Shown here piece by piece: positions 19,400-29,700 of a stretch of DNA of 64,000 nucleotides. Each line of letters opens with the position of its first letter. Position 1 is the stretch's first letter. The DNA is taken from contig CAXXVZ010000003.1 of NCBI GenBank assembly GCA_963678065.2, positions 1,184,001-1,248,000 of the forward strand, written 5' to 3'. This DNA is from Treponemataceae bacterium (lineage in GTDB: Bacteria > Spirochaetota > Spirochaetia > Treponematales > Rectinemataceae). Position numbers and translations under genes: made by a program. The notes below the pieces were generated by a model, which was not told the DNA's origin, ran no database searches, and saw nothing but the letters and a program-made list of their open reading frames with translations.

Positions 19400-20681
19400 G
19401 CTCGTACCCTCCCTTGCGGGTGCAGTTGTACAGAAGGCCGAAACAGATGGCTATCATGAACAGGGACGAGCCGCCCGCGCTGAAAAGAGGCAAAGGAAGT
19501 CCGGTTGCGGGAACGAAGCCGGACACGACGGCGACATTGGCGAGAACCTGTATGGAGACGAGAAAGCCAAGCCCGAAAGCGAGGTAGGAACGGAATCCGT
19601 CCATCTCGAATGCGGCCTTGAATGTCCGGAGAAACAGGGCGCCCCAGAGAAAGAAGAAGACGAGCACACCGATGAAACCCGTTTCCTCCGCGAAAGCCGC
19701 GAAGATGAAATCTGACTGCACTGCGGGGATCGATGCGATTTTCCGCGTACCGAGCCCGATTCCCTTGCCGAAGAATCCTCCGGAAATGATCGCCTTGAGC
19801 GAGTTCTGCACCTGATAGCCCTGGCCGTGTGGATCGAGACCGGGCACGATGAAGGAGAGAACCCGCATCATGCGGTAATCGGAGACGAGGACGCTGAGGA
19901 GGCCGAGCGGAACTACCATCGAGAGGATGCCGACGAAGAAGCGCATCGGGGCCCCGGCCGCCCAGAAAACGGCCAGGCCGGCCAAGGCGGCCACGGCCGC
20001 CGTGGAAAAGTTGCTCTGGAAGAAGATGATGCCTGAGCCCGCGATGAGAACCAGAAAGGGCGGAATGAGGGTGCCGATGGTGTCGTCCATCGACTCGCGT
20101 TTCTTGTCGAGTATGTGGGCGAGATAGAACACGAGGATGGGCTTCCAGAATTCGGATGGCTGGATGGTCGTCGGGCCGAAATTGATCCAGCGCGAGGCGC
20201 CATTGCGCACTTCGCCCAGCCCCGGGATAAGGGGAAAGAAGAGGAAAATCAGGCCAGCGATCATGAAAACTCCGGCCCTCGGCCTGAGAACCTCAAGAGG
20301 AATCATCGCCGAAAGCACGAACAGAATGCAGGCGGGAATCATGAACATGAGTTGTCGGATGAGGAAATGCTCGGCGCCGCGTCCGATGGACAGGGCGTAG
20401 CCCGAAGAACCCGACCAGAGCGTGGCAAAACCCATGACGGTGAGGCAGATGAAGAGGGCGAGCATGGTGGTGTCGCCGTCCCGGGCGCCGAAAGCGGCCA
20501 GATTCGCCGCGCGCAGCGACACGCTTTTCACTTTGCTTTCCTGCGCAGCCGAGACCCGGTAGGGGGATTTGTACTCGTAGGCCTTTTCCCTTCCGGCCAG
20601 GAAGGCGGAGATGCCTCGCGCGGATTGTTCTTTTCCGGCGGCAGGAGAGCGCCCATGCCGGAAATTCCTCACCTTCATCAT
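19392..20681 (-). CDS. ftsW: SEDS peptidoglycan polymerase FtsW
   Basis: NGASRWI, QPSEF, GYQVQNSL..I.SGG.FGKGIG, SDFIFA..AEETG, PATGLPLP..SAGGSS. Start at ATG 20681 or 20678. Confidence 0.95.
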   Translation of the reverse strand: MMKVRNFRHGRSPAAGKEQSARGISAFLAGREKAYEYKSPYRVSAAQESKVKSVSLRAANLAAFGARDGDTTMLALFICLTVMGFATLWSGSSGYALSIGRGAEHFLIRQLMFMIPACILFVLSAMIPLEVLRPRAGVFMIAGLIFLFFPLIPGLGEVRNGASRWINFGPTTIQPSEFWKPILVFYLAHILDKKRESMDDTIGTLIPPFLVLIAGSGIIFFQSNFSTAAVAALAGLAVFWAAGAPMRFFVGILSMVVPLGLLSVLVSDYRMMRVLSFIVPGLDPHGQGYQVQNSLKAIISGGFFGKGIGLGTRKIASIPAVQSDFIFAAFAEETGFIGVLVFFFLWGALFLRTFKAAFEMDGFRSYLAFGLGFLVSIQVLANVAVVSGFVPATGLPLPLFSAGGSSLFMIAICFGLLYNCTRKGGYERV

Positions 20682-20686
20682 GTCTT

Positions 20687-21790
20687 TCACTGTATTTTCA
20701 GGGTTGTGAGAGCCAGAATCGCGAAAATGCCGCCCATTATCCAGAAACGGACGACAACCTTTGTCTCCTTCCATCCGCCCAGCTCGAAGTGGTGGTGCAA
20801 GGGGGCCATGCGGAAGAGGCGCTTGCCCTTGCCATCCGCGCTCTTCGCCTTTGTCAGCTTGAAATAGCCGACCTGCAGAATGACGGAGAAGGCTTCGAGG
20901 ATGAACATGGCCCCTACGACGAGAAGGAGAAGCTCCTTCTTGACTATGAGGGAGAGAACGCCGAGAACGCCGCCGAGGGCGAGGGAGCCTGCGTCGCCCA
21001 TGAACACTTCCGCGGGGTGGGCGTTGAACCAGAGGAAGCCCGTGCAGGCGCCGATGAGGGCGAGGTTGAAGACAGTCAGTTCGCCTGCGCCTTTTATGAA
21101 GGGGATGGCGAGGTAGGCCGACCAGTCCGCGCGCCCGGACACATAGGTCAGGACCGCGAAGGCGAGAACCGCCATTATGACGAGGCCGGTCGCGAGCCCG
21201 TCGAGTCCGTCGGTGAGGTTGACCGCATTGGACCAGAGCACGACGTAGATGGCCGCGAGCGGAATCCAGAGGCTTCCGAGATCGATGACGGGTTTCTTGA
21301 AGAAGGGGATGTAGAGCTGGGTGGTGTCGGCTCCGCCGGTAAAGTAGAGCACGAGCACGGCTCCGCCCGCCACCAGGAACTGCAGGACGAGCTTCTGGAC
21401 AACGGAGAGTCCGTCGGAATTCCTGCGTTTTATCTTGAGGTAATCGTCCGCGAAGCCGATCGCGCAGAACAGGAGGAGGGTTCCGAGGGCTACCCACGTG
21501 TACACGGTGTGCAGGTCCTGCCACAAGAAGACGGAGATGGCGACGGAAAGAATGATGAGAACGCCGCCCATGGTCGGGGTTCCGGATTTGACGAGGTGCG
21601 TCGAGGGGCCGTCAGTTCGGACCGACTGTCCGAACTTGAGGACCCTCAGCCTCTCGATCACCCTGGGACCAAAAAGCCAGCACAGGAGGAGCGCCGTCAC
21701 GGCGGCGTACATGGCCCTGAAGGTCAGATACTTCATGATGTTGAGAGCGCTGAAGTATTTGACGAGGGGAAGAAGGAGGTCACGCAACAT
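20687..21790 (-). CDS. mraY: Phospho-N-acetylmuramoyl-pentapeptide transferase MraY
   Basis: KSGTPTMGG, DDYLK, NAVNLTDGLDGL, FMGDAGSL, MAPLHHHFE. Confidence 0.98.
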   Translation of the reverse strand: MLRDLLLPLVKYFSALNIMKYLTFRAMYAAVTALLLCWLFGPRVIERLRVLKFGQSVRTDGPSTHLVKSGTPTMGGVLIILSVAISVFLWQDLHTVYTWVALGTLLLFCAIGFADDYLKIKRRNSDGLSVVQKLVLQFLVAGGAVLVLYFTGGADTTQLYIPFFKKPVIDLGSLWIPLAAIYVVLWSNAVNLTDGLDGLATGLVIMAVLAFAVLTYVSGRADWSAYLAIPFIKGAGELTVFNLALIGACTGFLWFNAHPAEVFMGDAGSLALGGVLGVLSLIVKKELLLLVVGAMFILEAFSVILQVGYFKLTKAKSADGKGKRLFRMAPLHHHFELGGWKETKVVVRFWIMGGIFAILALTTLKIQ

Positions 21791-23303
21791 GGTTTGCATC
21801 CTTTGTGTCGGCCAGGACCGCGGCTGACGCCGCGGCTTGGTCGAAGCCCGGGAGGCATTCTACCAGCCTCTCGAGGGCCATGCCTCTGGAACCTTTGAGG
21901 AGGACGATGTCTCCCTCTTTCACATACGAGCGGAGAGCCGTTTTGAGGCCGTCGACATCGGTCCCCTGCCAGACCGGTCCTGCGAATCCGGCTTCCTTCG
22001 CGGCCTTGGCCGAGGCATCCGTCTCGACCCCGAAGAAGAAAAGGGCTTTTGCCTTTGACGAGCCGGCGCGGGCTCCGAGGACGGCGTGGGCGTTTTCCGA
22101 TTCCGGCCCGAGCTCGAGCATGGATCCGAGGACATAGATCCTCCGCGAGGAGGTCTCCACCGAATCACAGAAGTCGAGGACGGCGCCGACTGAGTCGGGG
22201 TTCGAGTTGTAGCAGTCCCGGATGAGGGTGAGCCTGCCGCGCAGGATCTCGGAACGGCCGAAGAGCGGCTTGACCGACTCGAGCCCCGCGACGACATCGT
22301 CGTCGGAGGCTCCCGCCGCGAGCGCCACAGAGATGGCCGCGAGCGCGTCGAGGAGGTTGTGCCGCCCCGGCAGGGGGAAGCGGATGGTCCGGTCCCTCCA
22401 GTCGATCTCGAAACCGTCGAGCCCCGCGGGGCGCGCGCCCGTAAAACCGGGAGTCGAGCGTTCGCCGAAATTCCGGACTTCGCCCGCGACTTCGCGTCTC
22501 AGGTAGGCGTTGAAATCGTCGTCCTCCCAGACAAAACCGCGCTGGCTCCCGGAAAAACGCGAGAACACATCCTTTTTTTCCTTTGCAATGGTGTCCCGAC
22601 TGCCGAGAATTCCGATATGGGCAGTCCCCACATTGGTGATGAGGGCGATGTCGGGTTCATAGACTGCAGTTATCTCGCCGATCTCGCCCGCGCGGTTCAT
22701 TCCCATCTCGAAGATCCCCACTTCGTGTTCCGGGCCGATGAGGAACATCGAGACGGGAAGTCCGATGTCGGAGTTGAGGTTTCCCGGATTCATGACGACA
22801 TTCCGCCCCTTTCCGAGGATGGAGGCGACGCACTCCTTCGTCGTTGTCTTGCCGGAAGAGCCGGTTATCCCGATGCGCAGGAGTGAAGGGTGGCGGCTTC
22901 TGTGCACGCGGGCGAGAGTCTGGAGAGCCTTTACGGTATCGTCGACGAGGATGAGGGCGGATTCTCCCGTGGTCGCAAAGAAGGCCGCGAGGGCTGCCTC
23001 TGCCCTGGCCGCAGAGGCGAGGATGCAGGAGGCTCCGGAGTCGAGGGCTTTCGCGATGAAGTCGTGGCCGTCGACCCGCTCGCCGGGAAGGGCGACGAAC
23101 ATCGCACCCGGACGGACCGAACGGGAATCGGTGACGACGCTCGAGATGCGGGCTCCGACATCGCCTTGGAACCCACAGCCCAGAAGGGATGCCGCCTCTC
23201 CGGCTGTGAAAAGGAGTCGAGACTCCCGGGCAGCGAAGGAGGCCTGGGCATCCGCGGCGAGGCCGGATTCGGGGCCGGGCGCAGCCATGGCTGTCTCGTT
23301 CAT
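21780..23303 (-). CDS. murF: UDP-MurNAc-tripeptide--D-Ala-D-Ala ligase MurF
   Basis: TDSR, DGHDF, ITGSSGKTTTKE, EMGMN, DCYNSNPDS, LKGSRG. Confidence 0.97.
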   Translation of the reverse strand: MNETAMAAPGPESGLAADAQASFAARESRLLFTAGEAASLLGCGFQGDVGARISSVVTDSRSVRPGAMFVALPGERVDGHDFIAKALDSGASCILASAARAEAALAAFFATTGESALILVDDTVKALQTLARVHRSRHPSLLRIGITGSSGKTTTKECVASILGKGRNVVMNPGNLNSDIGLPVSMFLIGPEHEVGIFEMGMNRAGEIGEITAVYEPDIALITNVGTAHIGILGSRDTIAKEKKDVFSRFSGSQRGFVWEDDDFNAYLRREVAGEVRNFGERSTPGFTGARPAGLDGFEIDWRDRTIRFPLPGRHNLLDALAAISVALAAGASDDDVVAGLESVKPLFGRSEILRGRLTLIRDCYNSNPDSVGAVLDFCDSVETSSRRIYVLGSMLELGPESENAHAVLGARAGSSKAKALFFFGVETDASAKAAKEAGFAGPVWQGTDVDGLKTALRSYVKEGDIVLLKGSRGMALERLVECLPGFDQAAASAAVLADTKDANHVA

Positions 23304-23581
23304 TTGCCGGCCTCCGCTGGCGTCACGACTACGCGGATACGCTGTTCGGGTTTCGCTTTTTCAAGCCCGAGCCTCACTGCGGCCGTCGCCGACCTCGTTC
23401 TGTTCGTCAGAACGGAAATTCCGGACTCGAGTTTGCGATTTTCCTCGGTCCAGTCTTCCTGCGTCCTCTCGAGCTTCTTCGCCCTGGAGGAAAGAGAGGC
23501 GAAACGGGCTGTCTGCCAGGTCAAAAGAAGCAGGGAGAGCCCCGCTGCGGCAGCGGCTATGAAGAGAGGATTGCGCTTCAT
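23300..23581 (-). CDS. ftsL: Cell division protein FtsL
   Basis: 93 aa, TM helix plus coiled coil, between rsmH and murF. Confidence 0.8.
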   Translation of the reverse strand: MKRNPLFIAAAAAGLSLLLLTWQTARFASLSSRAKKLERTQEDWTEENRKLESGISVLTNRTRSATAAVRLGLEKAKPEQRIRVVVTPAEAGK

Positions 23582-24642
23582 GCCCCGCCTCCTTGCTCCG
23601 CCGCGACTACGGAATCCGCAGAGGGGCCTGAGACCGGATATTTGGCGAGAACGCGCAACTTCGCGCTGCGGGAGGGAGGATTCTTTCTCGCCTCTTCCTG
23701 CGTCGGCTCGAGGGGTTTTTTTGTCAGAATGAGGAAACCCTCCGCGCCCGCCTTGTCCGACCTGCCTGTTCCGCCCGACAAAGCCTTTCCGCCGGCTCCG
23801 GGAACTCCGTCGTGAAGCTTCGGACCCTGCGCGAGCTCGCGGAACAGGTTCTTCGCTATCCTGTCCTCGAGAGAATGGAAGCTGATCACAGCCACCCTTC
23901 CTCCGGGGGCGAGAAGTCCCGCCGCTGCGCTTATGCCGCGTTCGGCGCGGCCAAGTTCGTCGTTGACACAGATGCGCAAAGCCTGGAAGGTGCGTGTGGC
24001 GCAGTGAAAACGCCCATTCCGGTAAGTCGCAGGCACCGACGAGGCCACAAGGTCGGCGAGCCGCGCGGTAGTCGTGATGGGGGAGACTCTGCGTTCTTCG
24101 ACGATGGCGCGGGCGATCCTTCTGGAGTAGCGTTCCTCGCCGTACTCGAAGATGATCCTGGCCAGCTCCTCTTCGCGCTCCTTGTTGACGATGTCGGAAG
24201 CCGTGCGGCCCCGGCCGGGGGAGAGTCTCATGTCGAGGGTCTCGTCCTTGCCGTGGCCGAAACCGCGACCGGACTCGGCGAAATGGTGCATGGAGATGCC
24301 GAGGTCGAAGAGGATGAGATCTGGCCGGCGGACGCTCGCGTCGGGAAAGGGAATCCCCGCGGTTTCTCCCGATCCGAGATCGGCGAGAACCTCGTCGAAA
24401 TACCCGGAGAGGAAGACGACCCTGGGAGCATAAGGCGAAAGCCGCTCGCGCGCCTTGGCCTGGATCACGGGATCAGCGTCGATGCCGGCGTAAAGCAGCT
24501 GTGGGTACTTTACGAGGAAGGCTTCGGCGTGCCCGCCCTCGCCCAGGGTGCAGTCGAGCATGAGGGCATCGGGCTTGGCCGGAACCAGCCACTCGAGGAT
24601 TTCCCCGAGCATCACCGGATAATGAACGATGGAGGACTTCAT
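23578..24642 (-). CDS. rsmH: 16S rRNA m4C1402 methyltransferase RsmH
   Basis: HYPVML, DCTLGEGGH, DLGISM, LDMR, TRTFQALRI.VN.EL, ISFHSLEDR, NPPSRSAKLR. Confidence 0.97.
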   Translation of the reverse strand: MKSSIVHYPVMLGEILEWLVPAKPDALMLDCTLGEGGHAEAFLVKYPQLLYAGIDADPVIQAKARERLSPYAPRVVFLSGYFDEVLADLGSGETAGIPFPDASVRRPDLILFDLGISMHHFAESGRGFGHGKDETLDMRLSPGRGRTASDIVNKEREEELARIIFEYGEERYSRRIARAIVEERRVSPITTTARLADLVASSVPATYRNGRFHCATRTFQALRICVNDELGRAERGISAAAGLLAPGGRVAVISFHSLEDRIAKNLFRELAQGPKLHDGVPGAGGKALSGGTGRSDKAGAEGFLILTKKPLEPTQEEARKNPPSRSAKLRVLAKYPVSGPSADSVVAAEQGGGA

Positions 24643-25097
24643 CACTGCCTCGCCTCGAGTCTCACGCTCTTGAAGCTCTCGGTCGCCGCGATGAAATCGG
24701 ATTCCGTCTCTCCGAGGTAGGCCGAATAGGCTGCGCTGTCCCAGATTTCCACGTAACTGGTCATTCCGAGGATCGTGCAATCCTTGCCGAGCCGGGCGTA
24801 GTCGCGCAGGCTCTGGGGAATGGAAATTCGACCGAGCTTGTCGACCTCGACTTCCTGGGCGGGGGCCAGCATCCTTCTCTGGACGAGGCGGGCGTTCGCG
24901 TCGAAGGGACTCCCGATGGATGTCACGCCTCTCGCGAAAGACTCCCAGACAGCTTCCGGGAAGAGCCAGAGGCAATTGTCCACTCCGCGGGTGAGGACGA
25001 AAGAATTCCCCGCGAGCCCATTTCTGAGTCGCACAGGGAGAGATATTCGTCCTTTCTCGTCCAGGGTATTCCTGAACTCGCCCGTCAGTAAGTTCAT
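24642..25097 (-). CDS. mraZ: Transcriptional regulator MraZ
   Basis: Two DxKGR motifs (LDEKGRISLP, VDKLGRISIP); first gene of the dcw cluster. Confidence 0.97.
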   Translation of the reverse strand: MNLLTGEFRNTLDEKGRISLPVRLRNGLAGNSFVLTRGVDNCLWLFPEAVWESFARGVTSIGSPFDANARLVQRRMLAPAQEVEVDKLGRISIPQSLRDYARLGKDCTILGMTSYVEIWDSAAYSAYLGETESDFIAATESFKSVRLEARQ

Positions 25098-25098
25098 T

Positions 25099-25134
25099 CC
25101 ACCTCTTCCTACTATTTACCACTATTTCCCACTT
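25099..25134 (-). promoter_or_regulatory. MraZ-binding direct repeats (GTGG-like, 10-bp period)
   Basis: Minus strand reads AGTGGGAAAT AGTGGTAAAT AGTAGGAAGA GGTGGA immediately before the mraZ ATG, matching the known MraZ repeat architecture. Confidence 0.8.
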
Positions 25135-25142
25135 ACATTGTT

Positions 25143-25170
25143 ATTCTACCTGTACATCGAGATATGTCAA
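25143..25170 (-). promoter_or_regulatory. Sigma70-type promoter of the dcw/hsl/fli superoperon
   Basis: TTGACA (25170-25165), 16 nt spacer, TAGAAT (25148-25143). Confidence 0.75.
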
Positions 25171-25315
25171 CGAATCTTTTTGCGAAAATACTCGACAGAA
25201 TTAATATTCGTGGATTTGTCGCACACACGCGTGTAGTACTGTCCGGATCAGAATTCGGGACCGGAAGGTCAAGCGAAAGAGAAAGATGTCAGCCCCGGGA
25301 CTGTCAGGGTTCCGA

Positions 25316-26608
25316 TCAGGACTTTGAGGCGAAGTAGTCGCTGACGACGAGGCGTGTCTCGGGATCCGGATCGATTCCGCCTTGTCCGGCGCGGGAGAAA
25401 ACCCGCAGACGCCTGAGGGAGTTCGAGAATCCCGCGATCACGGCTGGGGCGAAAACCGTCGCACTCTCCGTAAAAGGCAGGTCCCGGCCCCCCTCGTGGC
25501 CGATGACAGGCAGGTCGGATTCGAAGGAGACGGGCTCGGGTATGTCGATGACGACATCGAGACTTCCCGATGCCCTCCCCTTTAGGGCCAGCAGAGCGGC
25601 GATTTCCGCTTCGACGCGGCACCTGTGTTCCAGGTCGAGCAGCGCGACATGGGTCGGCTTTGCCGGTTCGAAGGGTATGTCGAGGACGGCCTGAAAGAGC
25701 CTGCCCTCCCTCACGTCACGGGCGAGGGAGAAAGGGCTGTAGTCGCGCGAGGCGAGGAGGTGGAAAAAACCTGCATCGTCCAGGCCGTAGAGCTCGGGAC
25801 CGGCCAGAACGCCCTCATTCAATGCGAGGACGACGGCCTTCTTGATCATGGCCGTGGCGGCGCGCACCGACTTGTGCCAGTAGACTGAACGGTACATGAG
25901 ATACTTGGAGAAGAGGATTCCCTCGATGCTCATGATGCCGCGCCCGTCGACGCCGAGCCTGTCGGCTCCGTCGACCGCGACCCGTCTCAGGATGAAGTCG
26001 CTGTCCTGGATTCCGTAGGGCACGCCGCAGAAGAAGGCGTCCCGGTTGAGATAGTCGAGTTTGTCAGGGTCGAGGACACCCGAGAGCAGTCCCCTGAAAA
26101 AACGGATTTCCCGCGAGCCCCTGTCGGGAAGATCCGCATCCACGATGGCGGCAGCCATCTCCGTTTCGGCGCCGGATGCCTCCACGGAGGCTCTGACTCT
26201 GCCTTCGCGGATGGCGAGGCCGGTGAGGGTCTCGTGGTCGGCAAGGGGCAATTCCTTGAGCGAATGGGCGAAAGGGAAATGGCCGAGATCGTGGCAGAGA
26301 GCCGCGGCGAGGAAGGAGGCTGCCCCCTCGCGACTGACGAAGTCGATCATGCCTTTTTCGCCCAGGGCGAGAAGGAGCCGGCGCGCCGCGTGGCAGACAC
26401 CGATGGAGTGGGCCCGGCGCGTATGTGTCGCGCCCGGATAGACCAGATGCGCGGGGCCGAGCTGGAGTATGCCGTCGAGTTTGACAAGGGCCGGGCAGGC
26501 GGCGAGAGCCGCGAGGCCGGGCGAGAGGAGTATGGTTCCCCAGACAGGGTCACGCAGGGCTTCGTCGAAACCCGTGGAAAGAAAACGTACGATCGCGTCG
26601 CTTGACAT
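25316..26608 (-). CDS. HD-domain phosphohydrolase (SAMHD1/dNTPase-like family)
   Basis: RDPVWG, QLG..HLVYPGATHTR..HSIGV, LCHDLGH.PF.H, DPDKLDYL.RD, MYRSVYWHK. Start at ATG 26608 behind GGGAGGG. Confidence 0.9.
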   Translation of the reverse strand: MSSDAIVRFLSTGFDEALRDPVWGTILLSPGLAALAACPALVKLDGILQLGPAHLVYPGATHTRRAHSIGVCHAARRLLLALGEKGMIDFVSREGAASFLAAALCHDLGHFPFAHSLKELPLADHETLTGLAIREGRVRASVEASGAETEMAAAIVDADLPDRGSREIRFFRGLLSGVLDPDKLDYLNRDAFFCGVPYGIQDSDFILRRVAVDGADRLGVDGRGIMSIEGILFSKYLMYRSVYWHKSVRAATAMIKKAVVLALNEGVLAGPELYGLDDAGFFHLLASRDYSPFSLARDVREGRLFQAVLDIPFEPAKPTHVALLDLEHRCRVEAEIAALLALKGRASGSLDVVIDIPEPVSFESDLPVIGHEGGRDLPFTESATVFAPAVIAGFSNSLRRLRVFSRAGQGGIDPDPETRLVVSDYFASKS

Positions 26609-26718
26609 TGTTTCCCTCCCCGCCGCAGGCCCGGCACGAAAATTCCCGACCAAAGTCATACACAATCTACACGATTCGGGTATAAAATGCAGCACACTCG
26701 ACAAGGGGAAACGCAGCA

Positions 26719-29700
26719 ATGATCCGCATCGTGATGGACAGCTCGAAAACGCACAGGGATCCCTCCTCTGAAAGCAGGAGACTGGGACTTTTCGGGCAAC
26801 TCTGCGCGGAAGCGCGGCGATTCGGGGCTCTCGTCCATCCGGAGGAAGAGGGCATCGTCGCCGACTTCCCCGAGTCGCGAAGTCCGGGACTTCTCGCTCC
26901 GAGCCTTTTCCTCGAGTCGGCATCCGCCATCCTCGCGGCACCCGACGCCGAGCCCGCGCGGATACGCCTTCGGGTGTTTCCTCCCGGGGAAATCGGGGGC
27001 GGTCCCGGGGAAAAGCGAGCCGAGCAGGAAGCCTTCTACCCCGGCGTGTCGGCGGCTTCCGGGGCGCTCGCCGGATTCACCCGGTATTTCGCCGCGGAAA
27101 CCTTGCCGGGGACGGATTGCCGGAAAATCAGCCGTTTCCGTTTCAGAAAACCGCTCTGTCCGCCGGGCGAAATGGCCATCGCCGCGTGCCCGGACGATAT
27201 CGCAGGCCTGCGTTCGAAAATCCGGGAATTCTCTGCCTCGGCCATCTCCTGCGCTGCCGCCGCCCTTTTTCCGGCCTCGGGTTCCTCCCCTTCCACCGTC
27301 GGGACAATTCCCGCCCCGCTCTGCGTCCAGGGCCCTTCGGACATGGCCTTCCGTCTTCTCCTGGCCGCGTTCAAGGTCGAGTTCGGCGACGAGGCGGCGC
27401 TGTTCCCCATAGTCGGTCCTGGATCGCGCAAACGGAATGCCTTTTCGCCCATCATCGACGGGATCGAGGCCATCATCTCCGGACTGAGTGCAGGTGAACC
27501 CGCTTCGGAGGAAGAAGGCCGGATCTTCGGTGAACTGGCCGCCGGCGTGGACTTTTTCCGCCACTATCCCTACAGGACTTCATTCTGTCAGGACCTTGTC
27601 CGCGGCCTCAGCCTCGACTTCCGCAAGGCCCTTGAGCTCTACGCGCGGCGGATGGCCGCAAAGGGGCTGCCAGCCTGGATCATACTCCGCTGGCCGGAAG
27701 AGCTCTCCGAGGAATGCCTTGCCCTCCTCGGAGACCCGGAACTTTTCCGCGCAGGAAAGGGCATTCTCGTGGCGGCCGGATCCCGGGTGCCGACTTCCCC
27801 CCAGAATGCCTTCTGCCGTGACCCTGTGCGGATTGCCGGACTGTCCTTCGCCGACACGATACAGGTCGCCCGGAAAGAGCTTCCGGCGGGACTGCCGGGA
27901 CTCGACGCGGTCGCCGCGGCGAGGGCGAGCCTCCAGGATCCCTTGAGACTCGCCCTCATCATCGAGGCTGCGGGCTCCGCAGGCCAGTTTTCACCACTTC
28001 CGGGAACCTCATTCGAGGAGCTGGCAAAACAGCTTCTCGAGAACCTTCCGGAGGAACACTCACGCTATCTCGTCCTTTTGAGTCTCGCGGAAGGAGTCCT
28101 CACGGGGGCGGAATTCGTCTCGTACATGGCATCGCAGGGGTTCCCGAAGGCGGCCCTGGACTGCGTGGAGGAGTATTTTTCTTTTCTGGGCTTCATCTCG
28201 CGCGAATCGGGTCTTCCGAAACCAGTCTTCAGGGAAGTGCCCTCGATCGCGAAGAATATTCTTCCCGACTCAGGCTCAGAGCTTGTGGGCGATTTTCTCC
28301 GCCTCCTCGAAGCGAGGATGAAATCGGGCAAGGTCCGGCCATGCCTCGCCCTCTACCGCTCCCTCTCCCTGCCCGCGGCAGAGGACGCGACGACCCAGAC
28401 CCTCGCCCTCGAGTGCATCGCACAGGAGCTCGCCCTCGATCCCGCCCATCCCGGCACCTGGACAATCCAGGACTCGCCCTGCGCGCCGTGGTCCGATTTT
28501 TTGTCCGCCCAGGAGATGGGCGATCGGGAGGGCTCGGCGGGGGCTCTCATCGAACTGGAGCGATCGGCCATTCCCGGCACCCCATCGCGGGCCCTCGCGC
28601 TTCTGGCCAGGGCCTGCTCCGAATACGCAGAACACCGGATACCGAGCGCCGCTTCCTATGCAAAATCCGCCATCCTGGAATCGGGAGGTCGCAGACCGCC
28701 CCTCATCGAGGCGCGGGCCCAGAGAATTCTCGGACTCTGCTCCCTCGCGACAGGCCAGCTCATCCAAGGCAGCGCCTATCTCTCCAACTCTGCCGACCTA
28801 GCCGGTCCCTCTGGAGACTGGATGGAATGCGCCAGAGCGAAGATCGCGGAGGCAGGAAGCTGCCTCGCCATGGGAGATTTCGGGCGGGCGGGATTGCTCG
28901 CGCGCGAAACCTCCGCCCTGTCCAAACTCGTCCGACGGCACTACCCGGAGGAAGCAGCCTTCTTCGTGCTCGCCCGCATCGATTTCGAACTGGGAAGGTA
29001 CGCGGGGGCGAGCAGGACTTTCGGCGCTCTGGAAACCATCGCGGGCAGCTGTGGCCACGATGCGGTGTGCAAGCGTGCAGGGATCTGGAAAGCCAGATCC
29101 GACTGCCATCTCGGGGACACCAGACTTTCCCGGGCCATCCTGGACAGAGAATACGCGGATCCGGAGGCGCGGTGGTTTCTCGCCGAATGCCTCCTCGACC
29201 TCGGCATGACCTCGGCCGCCGCCGAGGCTGCCGCCGAGGCAACCCGCCTGGCGGGCTTCGCGCCGGAGAGCATCGAAACGCGCACGGAAGCGACAAAATG
29301 GACAGGCGCCGACTGGCATTCGTGGCAGGATGGCTTTTCATCGCTGGAAGGCCTTTCGGTAGGGTACGGTGCATCCCGCAGTCTCGCCTCGGACAGGATA
29401 CTCGCGTTCAGTCTCTACACCACATCGCTCGCTCAGCCCGCGACTGCGGAGAAAAACCTCGATACACTTCTCTCCCTCGCGCGGGAAAATCGCCTGGCGA
29501 CCGTTCACCCCTATTCCTATCTCTATTTCTACTATGCCTACCGGCTCTCCCTTCTTTCGGAATGCGCCGGGGCGAGTCCCCTCTCCCTGCTCGGGCGGGC
29601 GTTCAAGGCTCTGCAGCTCAGGGCAGGCAAGCTCGGCAGGGAAGCCGATTTCGCCGATTTTTTCGAGTCCAACCGCGAACACGCCGCGATCATGGCCGCT

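Noticed and set aside
21780..23581. Absence of ftsI, murE, murD, murG and murC from the dcw cluster
   Set aside because: The compact rsmH-ftsL-murF-mraY-ftsW-ftsQ-ftsA-ftsZ order is the usual spirochaete arrangement; those genes are normally elsewhere.
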